A stretch of 58,274 bases of DNA, the filler included, from Sluysia triapertura (lineage: Eukaryota): the NCBI GenBank assembly GCA_046118255.1. It is 4 parts of 4 records of this genome, joined end to end, with 100 filler letters (N's around TTAATTAATTAA, not from the genome) between each part and the next. Parts side by side here need not be neighbours in the genome. Positions count along the whole stretch, not along the records: positions 23,278 to 34,200 come from JBJNIA010191462.1; positions 34,301 to 46,035 come from JBJNIA010175363.1; 2 more parts are not named here. One strand, 5' to 3'. The notes beneath the pieces were generated by a model. The model was not told the DNA's origin and ran no database searches. It saw nothing but the letters and a program-made list of their open reading frames with translations. Shown here in pieces: positions 25,249 through 38,471 of the stretch. The position numbers and the translations under genes were made by a program. Numbering within the stretch: position 1 is the stretch's first letter; the number at the start of each line of letters is the position of its first letter.

Positions 25249-27849
25249 CTAAAATTAAATATATTTAAACAAAACAGATGTCATTTAATAGAGAACAAAA
25301 TATTATGAAAAGTTTCTAAATATGATGTCAATGTCTTTTAAATTTAAACAATATTTGATTTTAAAAAGCACTCCACAGGTAAAAGTTATTCAAATAAAAT
25401 TGTTTCCATTAGATCATCAATGTTTTTCAATATTAATAAAATTATTCATTAGTTTTAACAATTGCATTTCTATGAATGATTTTTCATTTTTAAATAACAA
25501 ATATGCTACATTTAAAAAGATGCATAAATTTATTAAGAAATACCACGTGACAAAGACTACAATTCAACAAATAAAAATTAATCATAATACTAGGCATCAA
25601 AATATAAAAATTTAATTAATACATAACATAACATTAGATATTAAGCAATAAAACTTTCGAATAAACAAGTACACAATAATAAATTAGTTACATAATAATT
25701 ATTTTAAAATAAGTTATGGTTATTAAAAATAGTTATAATGTAAATAAAGTTCAAAAATCATATTAAAGATATAAAATAAATAATTTNNNNNNNNNNNNNN
25801 NNNNNNNNNNNNNNNNNNNNNNNNNNNNNNNNNNNNNNNNNNNNNNNNNNNNNNNNNNNNNNNNNNNNNNNNNNNNNNNNNNNNNNNNNNNNNNNNNNNN
25901 NNNNNNNNNNNNNNNNNNNNNNNNNNNNNNNNNAGTTAAAAATGATAAACATGTGCAACAATAAAAATACTATTTTCATTATGGTAACACATACATACGC
26001 GATCAATAACTTTTATAAACACCTATAAGTCAGAACTTTTTTCTTATATATGACTCAAATAAAACATTGAAATACTTTATAATACTTTGTATGTACAAAT
26101 AATTTATTTCTGTTTTTCTTCGAATGGTACTAATATTATAATCGTCGTAACTTATTCTTAATGTAATTAGAGATTAAATTATAACTTATCATGAAATCTT
26201 TTATTTTATGCGATTTCAAAATTTAAAGTTTAATTGTAATAAACAAGTTGTATTATGCACCAAACACACACACACACACACACACACATTTTTAATTATT
26301 CCATATGATACATTTAAATTGAATTCTTTTTGCGAAAATATTTCTTATCACAAGTATTACATTTACTTATATATAAATAAAATCGATAAATAATTCAACT
26401 CCTCGCAAATTACTTGTACATTTATGATTTTATAGTGCATATGTTTCAATTATTTAATGTCCTATCGTAAGAAAATTTTCTCAAATTTAAGAATAGTATT
26501 CAAAGAAACCTTAAAACTTTAGGTAAAAATTAAATTGCTACTAATGTCTAATACTTAGATTTCGTCGAAAATATGCACTTATGAATATTATCATTTAAAT
26601 TTGATATTTTATAAATCAGTCAATTAAAATTTGACGTTTTACAATCAAAATAAATTATTGATAAACTTATTCATCATTGTACGATAATAATTCGTTGAAT
26701 CCTTATTTCAATAATACAATCATGAATCATTAAAAAACGTATTGGTGTCCAAAAATATTAAATTCAAAGTGTATATAATTATAATCGTAATAAGAATTAT
26801 TATTATTATTATTATTGTTTATTAGATTTTTTATATATATTTATACTAGCTCTTTATTTTAATTAATTAATTATTATTGGCGCTGCAATACCAAATTCAA
26901 ACTTTAGCTTTTAATTTTATTTTGAACTAGTTTTGGAAGTCAGGGTTATACTCATCATGAATAATGATATAAGTGCTTTCTTACATGAACTTGTGATTTG
27001 AAATCTCCATTTTTGTATCTAATGAAAATAAACTCTAATTAATTAAGATTTTATATATAATAAAAAACATAACAGAATAATGCAATAGGAGAGGCCACAC
27101 AAGAAATTGCTTTAAATGAAAAATATTGGGATATTTTAATTCAAATATTTAATTCAAATTCCAAAATTTTTAATATATATCGGTTATTACCTAAGTATTG
27201 GAGATTCTCTATTTGGCATATATTTAAAACTTTATTGAATTCAAAGTTTTTAAGTACTAAAATTATAATTTGCCCTTGTGATAAATAGGAACATTTAATT
27301 TTATTCCTTACCATAAGATATAAAAAAAATTAACTTGTCAACTTTTAAACACGTAAACAGTTCAGAACTACTATTATAAGAATTTATTGATAATGTATAA
27401 ACGACAACTAATTTATGATAATTAATAATCATATAAAAATCAAGGCTGTTGCTTTCTTCTGTAGTTTTATCTCCCCACAAGGAACCTTGTCGAATTTCAG
27501 TGATCCAGAACCTAAATACTTTAAGCTAACACAGTTAATTCTGCAACGAATTTGATTAGAAAAAATTCTCGTTTGCTGTAAATTTCGTTCCAAAACTTTT
27601 GGTTTTGCCTTTTAAACTCATCAATCACTTGAATTTGGCCAGAGTTATTTAACCAACATCTTAAATAGAGTAGTGATGCCTTGGAAGTATCATGTTGATG
27701 GTATAGATTTGATGTTATGTTTGGCACGATTATTACTTTAACTTTAATTGTTCAACTGACTTAATGTTATGTTTTTCTTGAGATGATAAGAATTGAATGT
27801 CATTTTAAGGTACCACTGTAGAGTGATCAAATGTCTTTTTATCGAAAAT

Positions 27850-28301
27850 TTTCTTTTTGTTATAAAAACTATCCAATGAAAACGATGTTATACTGGATAT
27901 ACTAACTAAAGTGTTCGCGGTCTGTATCACAGCATCAATTTAGACATTGTAACGCCCAGATTACAGCTGTAATCAGTTAGTAGACGCAGTAACGTAGACG
28001 GTTCCGTAATACCACTAAAAATCAAATCCGATATGGTTAGATTAAGAATAAATAAATTCTTCGATGTACGCATCACTCGTTTTGTATTTACAACCAAAAT
28101 GACGGGTAAATTAACGACGATAACAAATATTATAGGACAACGTGTCGATCGAAATTTTGGCATTACTTGACTTTCCTTACGCATTTCCATTAATACTTTA
28201 TACACTTGCTGTTGGGTTTCGTTGTTATCATAAACACAATCGCGAATATAGATTAATATTTGATCGTAATTATTCAGTTGAAACGTCTCAAAACGAGTCA
28301 T
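27850..28301 (-). pseudogene. Class A GPCR, neuropeptide Y/F receptor-like, frameshifted fragment (TM1-TM3)
   Basis: MRTSKNLFILNLTISDL..ITEP.TL (TM2 NLxxxD); after a frameshift near 27930 it continues VIQTANTLVSISSITSFSLDSF (TM3, DRY decayed); conserved GN, W and C lost. Confidence 0.75.
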
Positions 28302-28391
28302 TGTTATTATTTAGTTTTTAATTTTTTAACATTGCCACAGCATTCATCAATTATTAATGATTATTGTTATGTCTGTTATTCTATTTTTAAT

Positions 28392-28447
28392 CTGCCCAAT
28401 CAGACTACAAGTAAGTGAGATTAGGAGTCATTAGTCTGATTGGGCAG
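28392..28447. promoter_or_regulatory. 16-bp perfect inverted repeat containing opposed CCAAT boxes
   Basis: CTGCCCAATCAGACTA-N24-TAGTCTGATTGGGCAG, ~90 bp upstream of the GPCR-like ATG. Confidence 0.55.
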
Positions 28448-28620
28448 TGTGTCGGCATTTTGTAATGAAAATAACGAAGAACTACTGATGACTGACCATC
28501 ATCAGCGCTGACAGTATAATGAAAAATGTGACATAGACTGTCAACACTAGTGGTATCATTAACCAGATTAATCGTCAAAAGTTAAAAATTTTTATTTTAA
28601 TAATTTGATAAAAATGATAA

Positions 28621-28692
<72 letters not shown>

Positions 28693-29547
28693 TAGTAACA
28701 TTGCGATTATTATTGTTGTTATTAAAATAAATCGCATAAATCCTATCTTTAAGGTCTTTACATGAGCTTGTCTTTTAAATTCTTAAATTTCTTACATATA
28801 AAATGATAAAAGAAACAAAACTGATTACATGCTGTGAAGGAGCAATGGTAACGAGGTATACTACATCTAGGTTATCGTTGTTGTTTCATATTAAGATAAT
28901 AAATTGTTTAAGGCTTAATTATGTTTGTTTCTAGAGATAAAAGAAATGATTTGAGTTGTATTTAAAACGAAGAATGTTGGAATACATTACTAAAATTTAT
29001 GAAGGTTTGTGATTCAAAATAAGATTTATGCCTTGAATATGATAGTTTGAAATGCTTATTGAAAGGTTGAAGTTATTTTAATTTTAAAAGACGATTACAA
29101 ACTAAATCTTACCATATTTATAATGTTGTTAAGAATAAGTATTGGTGATGAATATGTGTAAATGAAGTAGGTTTAGTTTGGTTTAGTTGATTGGGAGTTT
29201 TTCTGCAAAAGTTATCTATGTCCGAGGTAATTGTTGATGTTAAGTGATGTATTTATGATTTGTGTATTATATATTATGGTTATAGTCTGTTTGATAAAAT
29301 AGCTTTTGAGTGAATGCTGTGGATTATTCGAGATTAATTAGCGGAGTATGTTGTGAAGTGGATGGTTGAGAGTGTTACTCGAAATGTTGTTATATGAATT
29401 GATGAGATGTTATAAATGTCGAGTGTTGTTTATGATGATTGAGTTGGTGGAATTCGATAATATGAAGTGTAATTGCTTTAGAAATTGTGTTTTAGTGAAA
29501 TTTTGAGTTGTGTATGTTAAGTATAATGTTTTGATAAATTTTATGTT

Positions 29548-31543
29548 GTGAGTGTTGACCACTACACATTAAATCACAGGAAATCGCTCAAGATCGAATT
29601 ACACATTGTCTTCCTCAACTTAGCAAATGCATTTGGTTCAGTGCCGCACACTATGATATGGCATAACCTCTGCGGTATGGGACTCCAACAGCAAAACCTG
29701 AACGCCCTGAAGGACCTATACCAACACAGCAGTACCACCTACAAATGCAATGGCATTATAACCAAACCCATACCGATCATATATGGAGTGATACAAGTAT
29801 GTTCATTGTCAATGACATTATTCTGTCTGGAAATGGACTATCTGTTCCGTCAGTTCACGGATTTTGACTACATTAAAATCACTGATGACCTGATATTTCC
29901 TCAATAACTGGCATATGCCGACAACATAGCCCTCATCAGCATTACCTTCGACAGACTGCAACAAAAATATCAACCACAATGCCAAATCTGCCAACCTCAT
30001 ATTTCGGCCTACGAAATGCTTCTACAACAACAACTTACCGGATTCGAAACACTCCCTACTAATCGAAAATACCCTGATTCCCTGTGTCACTAACGAAAAC
30101 CGAACACTGTTTTGGCTTCTCATTTGGTGACTATAAACGGTAAAGTATTAATGATTTACTAAACGAGTACATTAAATACACCGAACTAATCTCGAAGTCA
30201 AAACTAAGTACCCGGAATAAGTTCCTAATGTACCGGAACTTTGTGCAGTCCAGACTTCCATTCCACCTGAACATTTTTTGTACAATCCCTCAGCAATCCC
30301 CATCCTAAAAGGTACGACGAAAAGATACAAGAACTATATCTCGGTCTGAAAATGTACCCGCTGAACAGGATCTTCTTTCTGGCACAGGAACCACGGAGGT
30401 CTCAGCCTAACCTCAGCATATAACAACTACATGTGTCAGAACGTGATATGTACGCTCACACTATTCAATAGTCATACACTGATAATACGCGCACTATCAC
30501 ATCGGAAAGTCATACGGATAGCCAACAGCAGATGAATGCAGATTATGTTGATTTGACCCAAGCTCTTTTGTGGCTCAATGGCAGTCTTACGGATAAACCT
30601 GGTGGTCGAAAATCCGAACTTCCGCCAAGAACTTGGAAGACAAGTACCGGATCACTGCTTCATTCATCTGCACCGACAACTACAATGTTCAACTATCCCT
30701 GAAGTCGGACAAATTTGGAGACAACCCAATTATCATTATCCATTACCATAAGGACAAAGTCGGCAAATACCTACATGAGCTGATTAGCACTTGAAATACC
30801 AACATCTGGAAGTCTCGTAAGTGCAAGGGTATCTATGTAGACTGTCTTAGGTAATACTGGCTGTCCAACAAATCCCTGTCACTGGAACTGGAAAATAATG
30901 CATGAATGTTTATGATCAAGGAGCAACATCCTTAGTTTTAATTTCAGTCCACAGAACATACGTCTCCATCTGCTAGTATCATGCCTTTGGCGTGGCTTTA
31001 AGTCTGAATCCCTTCTACATGTGCTCTGCTTATGTCCACACACAAGCATAGGCAGAACAGTCCGGCTAACAAAATCCTTAACTACCTAGTGGACAAAGTG
31101 ACTCAGAAGGGAGTCTTGGTCATCAAGGATTCAACTGCGCTAGTTATTGGTGACTCTCGACGACCTGATACCCAGGCTCGCTGTTCTTGATTGATGTCAA
31201 TACCCCCACGGACCTTAGGAAAAACTTCGAGATAGTCCGAACCACCAATACTGCGAAGTATAATGATCTCCAGGACAAACTGCAGGAACAACTGAAGCGC
31301 AAGGTGTCTCTGGATACATTTGTCGTTGGAGCCTTGGGTTCATGAGATCCCGAAAATTCTAGGCTTCTCAAGGCACTTGGCTTCCACAAGATTGAAATCA
31401 AGACCCTGGTACAATAGTGAGAAGTCCTCGAATAACGCATTCCGCGACCATGCCCTGTAGGTCCCTGATAGAAGAAAGAAAATTGCTCCTCAATACAAGA
31501 AGACCTTCCTTCACTAAACTATTATAATACATGTTTTTCCAAT
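29548..31543 (+). mobile_element. 5'-truncated, decayed non-LTR retrotransposon with RT and restriction-like endonuclease (NeSL/Utopia/R2-like group)
   Basis: RT motifs FLNLANAFGSVPH, GVIQVCSLSMTLF (GV.QG..LS..LF), LAYADNIAL (YADD); CCHC remnant GFKSESLLHVLCLCP; RLE remnants RRPD...LIDV, AKYNDL, FVVGALGS*DPEN; many stops and frameshifts; GC above the flanks. Confidence 0.88.
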
Positions 31544-31593
31544 CATCGAACAGCGCAGCGAGAGAACCCGGATTCCGTTTTATGAAGTATAAA
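31544..31593 (+). mobile_element. 3' part of the tRNA-derived LTR abutting the non-LTR element's 3' end
   Basis: CATCGAACAGCGCAGCGAGAG...CCGGATTC...TTTTATGAAGTATAA vs family CATCGAACTGCGCAGCTAGAGG..CCGGGTTC...TTTTACGAAGTCTAA. Confidence 0.65.
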
Positions 31594-33030
31594 AGTATTA
31601 TTATTAAAAATTAAATTAAAAAATTTAAAAGTGAATGAAATTTATAATTACGTAAAATAATTGATAAATATGAAATATAATTAACATTCATAATTTGTTA
31701 AATATGGATGTACAAAGTATTCAATTTTGCGGATAAAAATAATTTCTAAATGCGGATGTTCAAGCATTTTTATTGTTTATATTAACTTTTGAATTGTATG
31801 AATTAAAAGCTATAATATCATGAAAATAAAACTGCCGTAATGAAATAATGAATTTCTTATTTTTTCTATTTTAACATTCAACATTCAAATTTGAAACCAA
31901 CTTTTAAAAGAAAATTTATATTTATATTTATAATGTTCATTAAATACTTTATTTCTTTTATATTATTCGACTGTACATAAACTAACATTGGATATTTAAG
32001 AAAAATTTTCTTTTATTTTATAAACTTTTATCATTATTATTTTATTTGTAATCTTTTTGTTTTACCGACTTTTGTTTTGCTAACCATTGTTTATTTATGT
32101 TAAAGTGTACTTTAAATTTATATAGAAAACGGATTCTTCATAAGATATTGTATTAATACAATTATAATTATAAATTAATTTTTTATTATATTTAATCATA
32201 CCTAATTGCGATTTATATATTCACGATACTTCCTTTATTTTTGATTTTTTGTTAATTTTATTAAGATTTAAATAATATTAACTGATATTGTTTAAAAATG
32301 CTCAGTGTCAATCAGTTGTCTTCTTCTTTCGGTTTCTACTCATTTAAATCTTAAATTAGAATTAAACGAGTGATTACGGTCTTGTCTTAGCTAACTACAT
32401 GTCCTGCAAACATATATCTTATTTCTTAATACAAGTTTGAGTTGTATAAAATTCCGAACAATTTAATTCATGCTCATAACAAGAATAATCACACTTTTCG
32501 TATATTTTTTGGACTTTGTTTTGATTTTTTATTTTAATTCATATTATATTAATAATTAATATTGATTCAGTATCTTTATTTATAATTTACTTAGTTTTTT
32601 GTATAATGCAACTTCATATTTGACATAATTTAACTGCAAGGTACTCTTTACGTTGATTCTGTCAAGTCATAATGTAGCATTAATTTTCTAAGATATTTTG
32701 TTTTCATAAAATTTAAATTTCAATTAGATATTTTTGTTAAAGTAGTTTCAGAAGTTTGTTTCAGTTGTATAACTAAGTCATTATTAAAATACTTTAGAAT
32801 TTCGTACATTTTATTTTGCATTTCTCTTTATTTGATTTTTCATTATCTAAAAAGTAGAACCAAACGATGATTTCTGTTCCTACAATTATTTTCTTAGTAA
32901 TGATTAAGAGGTTCACATTAAACTCGAATTTTGTTTTTTAATTTGTTGGAAATATCTATTTTAATTATGTGAAAAAATGACTTTCATGGTTAATTGTAGT
33001 AATAATAAAAAAGTCAGGAATAATACTAAC

Positions 33031-33159
33031 TTAATAAATTATAAAATTATCAACATTAATATTGCTCATTATGAAGTTTTCACATTCTTCCAATAACGAT
33101 TTTACATCATAACGTTTTGCTGTATCAATAAGTCTTTCCACATTTTGTTGAAACTGAAC
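33031..33159 (-). pseudogene. BTB/POZ-BACK domain gene remnant
   Basis: VQFQQNVERLIDTAKRYDVKSLLEECENFIMSNINVDNF fits the BTB C-terminal pattern NV..L...A..Y.V..L...C..F.....; adjoining sequence is frameshifted or stopped. Confidence 0.6.
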
Positions 33160-34136
33160 TTTTATTACGAAATATAATTTCCGACTTCAAATAAAACAAA
33201 CAAAATAATCGAAACGATGCAGAAAATGATCATTTTGTATAAAAAATATTTTCATTTATAATTATTGATTTAATGACGAGTTTGTTTTCAAAAGTTATCA
33301 AGATTAAAGTTGCTTAGATACGTTTTTAATTTCGTTTTTTTACATAGAATCTATTTTATCACTGTTTGTTTATATTGATGGTAATTGATTTTTAAGTTGT
33401 TTATAATCAATAAACCGTTTTTAATGATCATTCTTATTCAAAAAACTAATACTTATTTATTTATTTATGAATATTTTTATCTATGTTGATTAAAACTCAT
33501 TTTTTAAAGTTTTTAATTAATAAATTGATGTTAAATTTAATAATTTTAAACATTATTTTTTAAAAGTTTTGAATAACCAAATAGGCTTTTAGAAAGTTTT
33601 GTTTCCTAATTTTTTCTGTCTTGATCATAAAATGAAGGTATTCAAAGTTATTATAGGAAAATGACACAAACAACAATTAATAATTTTGAGTCAAATTGAT
33701 GGAACTAATTATATTTTCTACATATTAAATATTCGAGCAAATTTTCAGTTAAATAAACACTTTATCTTTTTCAAGGCTGTAAACAAGTCATTCCAGAATA
33801 GATTTATTACCTAAATGTGGTAAGATAACACCACAGATTGTCAAAAATCGGATATTTGTATTATAATAATTTTATAATAATATTTGTATTATAAAATAAT
33901 TTTATAATAATTTTATAATAATATTATAATAATATTTGTATTATAATTTTCAATAGGTTAGGCTTAATTTTAATAAAATGTCGAAAAATAAGTAAAATAA
34001 TTCTTTTAAATTCGATTTATAATTTATTTATAATTAATGTTATAAATTTTCTACAATTTAATATAAAAATAAATATTTTATTTTTATTTTTGAAGGAAAA
34101 GTATAGGATTATTTATTCATTAATTTGTTATATTAC

Positions 34137-34200
<64 letters not shown>

Positions 34201-35262
34201 NNNNNNNNNNNNNNNNNNNNNNNNNNNNNNNNNNNNNNNNNNNNTTAATTAATTAANNNNNNNNNNNNNNNNNNNNNNNNNNNNNNNNNNNNNNNNNNNN
34301 TTATTATTATAGTTATAGTAGTAGAAAAAGAAGCAAAAGAAAAATATTTATTAAAAATAAAGTTTATTTCTAATTATATAAATATATTTCATATTAAATC
34401 TTACGTTTTAAATAAAAATCCATTTATTAAAGCACGAAAATTAATCATACTAAATCTACATAGAAAAATATAATAGATATTAGTTATAATTTAAAATAAA
34501 TTATAAAACCTTGCATAATTATTAATACTAGATTTAGTTATATTCATAGGTTTTATATGATAATAAATTTTAATTCAAACTTTGTAGAAAATTATATCTT
34601 ATTTCGCATAATTTTAACTTAGCACAAATGACAAGCATTTTTCTGAAAATTTCAGATTTTTCGAAAATAATTATATATGAAATTAAATTGTTTTTTTAAA
34701 TCTACATGGTTACTGATTTACTAATGTTCACATGATTAGAAAATAAGTATAAAAACAGGAATTTTTACGAGTCTTCATATTAAAATAATGATTAATCCAA
34801 TTCATTGTATGTTATCTAATGACCCAACATTTTTACAGTTATTTCACACTAAATTCAGACGGCAAAGTTGACAATATTAATCAACTTTTAAAATTAGAAC
34901 CAAAATTATTTTTAAAGCATCACCTAATTAATGTTATAATTTTTATTCAAAGTAAAATATTTAAAGAAACTCTGACTTACTATTTAATTTAAATCTTTAA
35001 TAAAAATATTGCAAAAAAACTTAAGAGCATATTTTATTTAAAATTATCTTATTTAATATCTTTTTATATAAGACTTATTGTGGAAAAGTCAAAATGCTTT
35101 ATTATCATAAATGTGAAACAATTTATAATTATAATTACATTCTATTTAGAGATTTTTAATATTTTTTGTGCTAACATATATTCTTATTTTCATAAAACAA
35201 CATACCTCAATTAAATAAACATAATGAGCTCTTAAGTAATTTGTTAGAAATAATTTCATAAG

Positions 35263-35336
<74 letters not shown>

Positions 35337-35451
35337 TTAAATTTTGATTTATCAAAACATTCAATGAGTGTTTCATTTAAAAATATGTCAAAGCTTTAAT
35401 AATAAAATGAATTTTTAAAATCTTTAAAAATTTTCTATTTATTTAAATTAA

Positions 35452-35908
35452 CACATTACGAGCGAGGCGAGAAATAGTACCCGCTTCATGAACTGCCATC
35501 TAACAGCGGGGCAAGTATTTATACCATTTGAATAGTATTTATTTTAATACAGGGCAAGGTACTATAGTTTATTCACATCCAAGAAAACTTAATTTAAACA
35601 AAGATAGATGCGTGTTAGGTATAATTTGCCGTGCTTTTTAAAAATAAATGTTTTTCTAAAACTCGCCAAAGTACAAAATTATAAATCCGATTTTACCCAC
35701 TATTCACGTATTCATCATTATATTCAGTTTTCTTGGGTTTGAATAGGCTTTTTTTACATATTATCTATTAGTTATTAAGTGAAAATCTTTACTTTTAAAT
35801 ATATTGTTTCATTTTCAAATGCGCAATTTTTGCATATCTTCTAAGTTTCGATCTAAATTTTAATCTGCACAATCTAGTTGGGTCTGTTAAACCAGCGGCT
35901 CGTATGTG
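35452..35908. mobile_element. piggyBac-type MITE with TTAA TSD
   Basis: TTAA|CACATTACGAGC ... GCTCGTATGTG|TTAA. Confidence 0.75.
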
Positions 35909-38085
35909 TTAAGTAAATAATGATCTTATGTAAAGCAAAATTAAATTTATACATAAATATTCTCAATAGAATATTAAGAATACAATTACATCTGAGTTGT
36001 GATACTGACAAACAAACGTAAAAAATTGAATTTTTAAAATGTTAATATTGATGTAATCTTATACTTTAACCGAATATTTGTTATCCATGATTTTAAATAT
36101 AAATAACTGTACGTTGTTTATGACACACTCAAGCACATTATTATTGGATACAATTAATATAAAATGAAGAATATACTAGAAAACAATAGGAAAATAGAAA
36201 CATCATGGGACAAAGGATTAAATGTGACAAATTTTACAGTGAAATAATGACAATAAATCTGGAAATCACATAAAAAATGATTACACAATATCCAAAAAAT
36301 TAAAATAAAATTTAGAAAAATAAAAGATCATTTTAAAACCTCGCTATAATCTGATTAAGAATAGACAATGGGGATTTTATGAAAAGAAAAGGAAATGAAT
36401 TTTTTAATTAAATAATAAATTAATTTATTTATTAAGCTTTTGAAATAAAAAGTATAATTTAATGAAATTTTATTAAATTAATATTTGGTCTTTTATTTTT
36501 GCTTGATTTTGAAATCAAAACTTAGCCATTACACAATTATAAAATATTTTCGTTAACGAAAATTAATAATAGTAATAATAGTAATAAATTGTGATTTATT
36601 TAATCGTAAATATGCAATTTTAAAATTTAGAATAGTTTAAATACTTATTTATGCTAATATATGTAGTTAAAGGATTAGTTTTCATTATTACATCTAATTT
36701 TTACGTCTTTAAAAGTCAAAGCATGAGATTGGAATCGCGAAAGTCGATTGTCGTTCTTTATAATTACAAAATCGAACCTTACAAATAAATCTTGAAGAAG
36801 TATATGCATTTCTTAGAACTTACTAATGACGCTCTACAATGTATTCCTATATATTTTAGGTGAACAGATAATTGTAACAGTTAAACAAATTTGTACTGAA
36901 TTAGAACCAAAACAAAGGACAAAATTTATATTATTTTAAAACTAAATAAATGTCTGTTATCTATTAAAAAATTAATAATTGATAAAATAAGTAAGAAAAT
37001 GCTTAAAATACATCTTTCAATTTATTAATTTATTATCAGTTTATTTATTTTTTAAATACTGAATTATAAACTAATAAATTTGTCAATCTTTCCATCATAA
37101 ATATTTTTATCTTTGCGTTCAACACAGGTTTCAAATTGACTAGTTTAATGACAATGTACTTCTAAATGAATATTCTATTGGTTAATAATGTGATTAAGAG
37201 AAAATATTTATTTTAATTTACATCATAAAATTATTGGAAAAAACCAAGCACAAAAACGATAAATATCAACTTTAAAAATAAACAAAAAACTGATGTTGAG
37301 AAATAAAGAAAGTAGAAATACAAATATGTTCTCATTTAAAAATTTGTTATGATTTGACTATATCAATTATAATAAAAATATATACTAAAAAGTTGAATTT
37401 TTAAATAAAACTTTGCAAGGGATAATGAAAAATTTCATAATTGATGAAGTTAAAAACAATTTAAAAAACAGATCAAGACTATATTGTGTAAAAATGTAAT
37501 GTAGTATAAGTATAATATAATACAAGTATAACTATTATCTATGTTAAATATAGCTGTTTTATTGAAACTTTATTTAAATAAACATAATTGTATTAATTTT
37601 TTATCCATAAATCTGAATTTTAATAAATTTAAATAAATAAAAAAACATCTACGTTAAGCAGCATTATCTCTTCATAAATAATTTCATCTAACCAGCTAGT
37701 GCATACCGATTTCGATTCAGAATTTCATTTCAAACGTTTCATAGCTAAGCAAAATTGAAAATTCTAAGTACACAGGTTTCTTAAGGAATATTATACTTAC
37801 GAGTGGTACCGATAAATACAAACAGTTATTCATTAATTCGGTAGTAATTGAAATTTTAAAAATTCTTTGTCAACATCTGTTATATCTTTTTGTCATAGGA
37901 TTGATAGATATTGAAATAGCAACTCTAGAATATTTTTATTTTTACATCTAATGATATTAGGTTCCTTTCACAATAATAAATTAAAGAGGAAATTATTAAG
38001 AAATTCTTTGAAAACATATGATGTGAAAAAATCAATAGGTAGGTTACAAAAATAAGATAAAAATCAGGTAAAAATTAATTGTTTA

Positions 38086-38141
<56 letters not shown>

Positions 38142-38170
38142 TGCAATAATCTCTACTTTTGTAATCAAAT

Positions 38171-38471
38171 TTAATGCAGATGATGAATTTTATTTGTATC
38201 ATTATTGCAATCTTTATTGCTTGCGTTAATTATAGAGAGAGATGTGGGAGATTTTAATTGTGTATATGGCAATTGTGTGTTAAATTGATACTGTTGTGTA
38301 TTAAGGGGTTTATAAACATGTGACGTAAGAGGTGGTGATGAACTGTTTGTATTTGAAATGGTTTGCGCAGAAATAACCGAAAGATTATTTGTCTTTGGAT
38401 AATCATAGGACGAATAATTACCACTAGCTTGCAAATTTTGAAATAATTCTTCTGCATCTTCATAAACAAAT
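38171..38471 (-). CDS. Candidate terminal exon of an unidentified gene (S/T/N/Q-rich)
   Basis: TTTAG acceptor, then open frame FVYEDAEELFQNLQASGNYSSYDYPK...HHLH*. Confidence 0.35.

Noticed and set aside
35266-35335. (AAT)n(TAT)n cruciform-capable palindrome
   Set aside because: Common by-product of the abundant AAT microsatellites here
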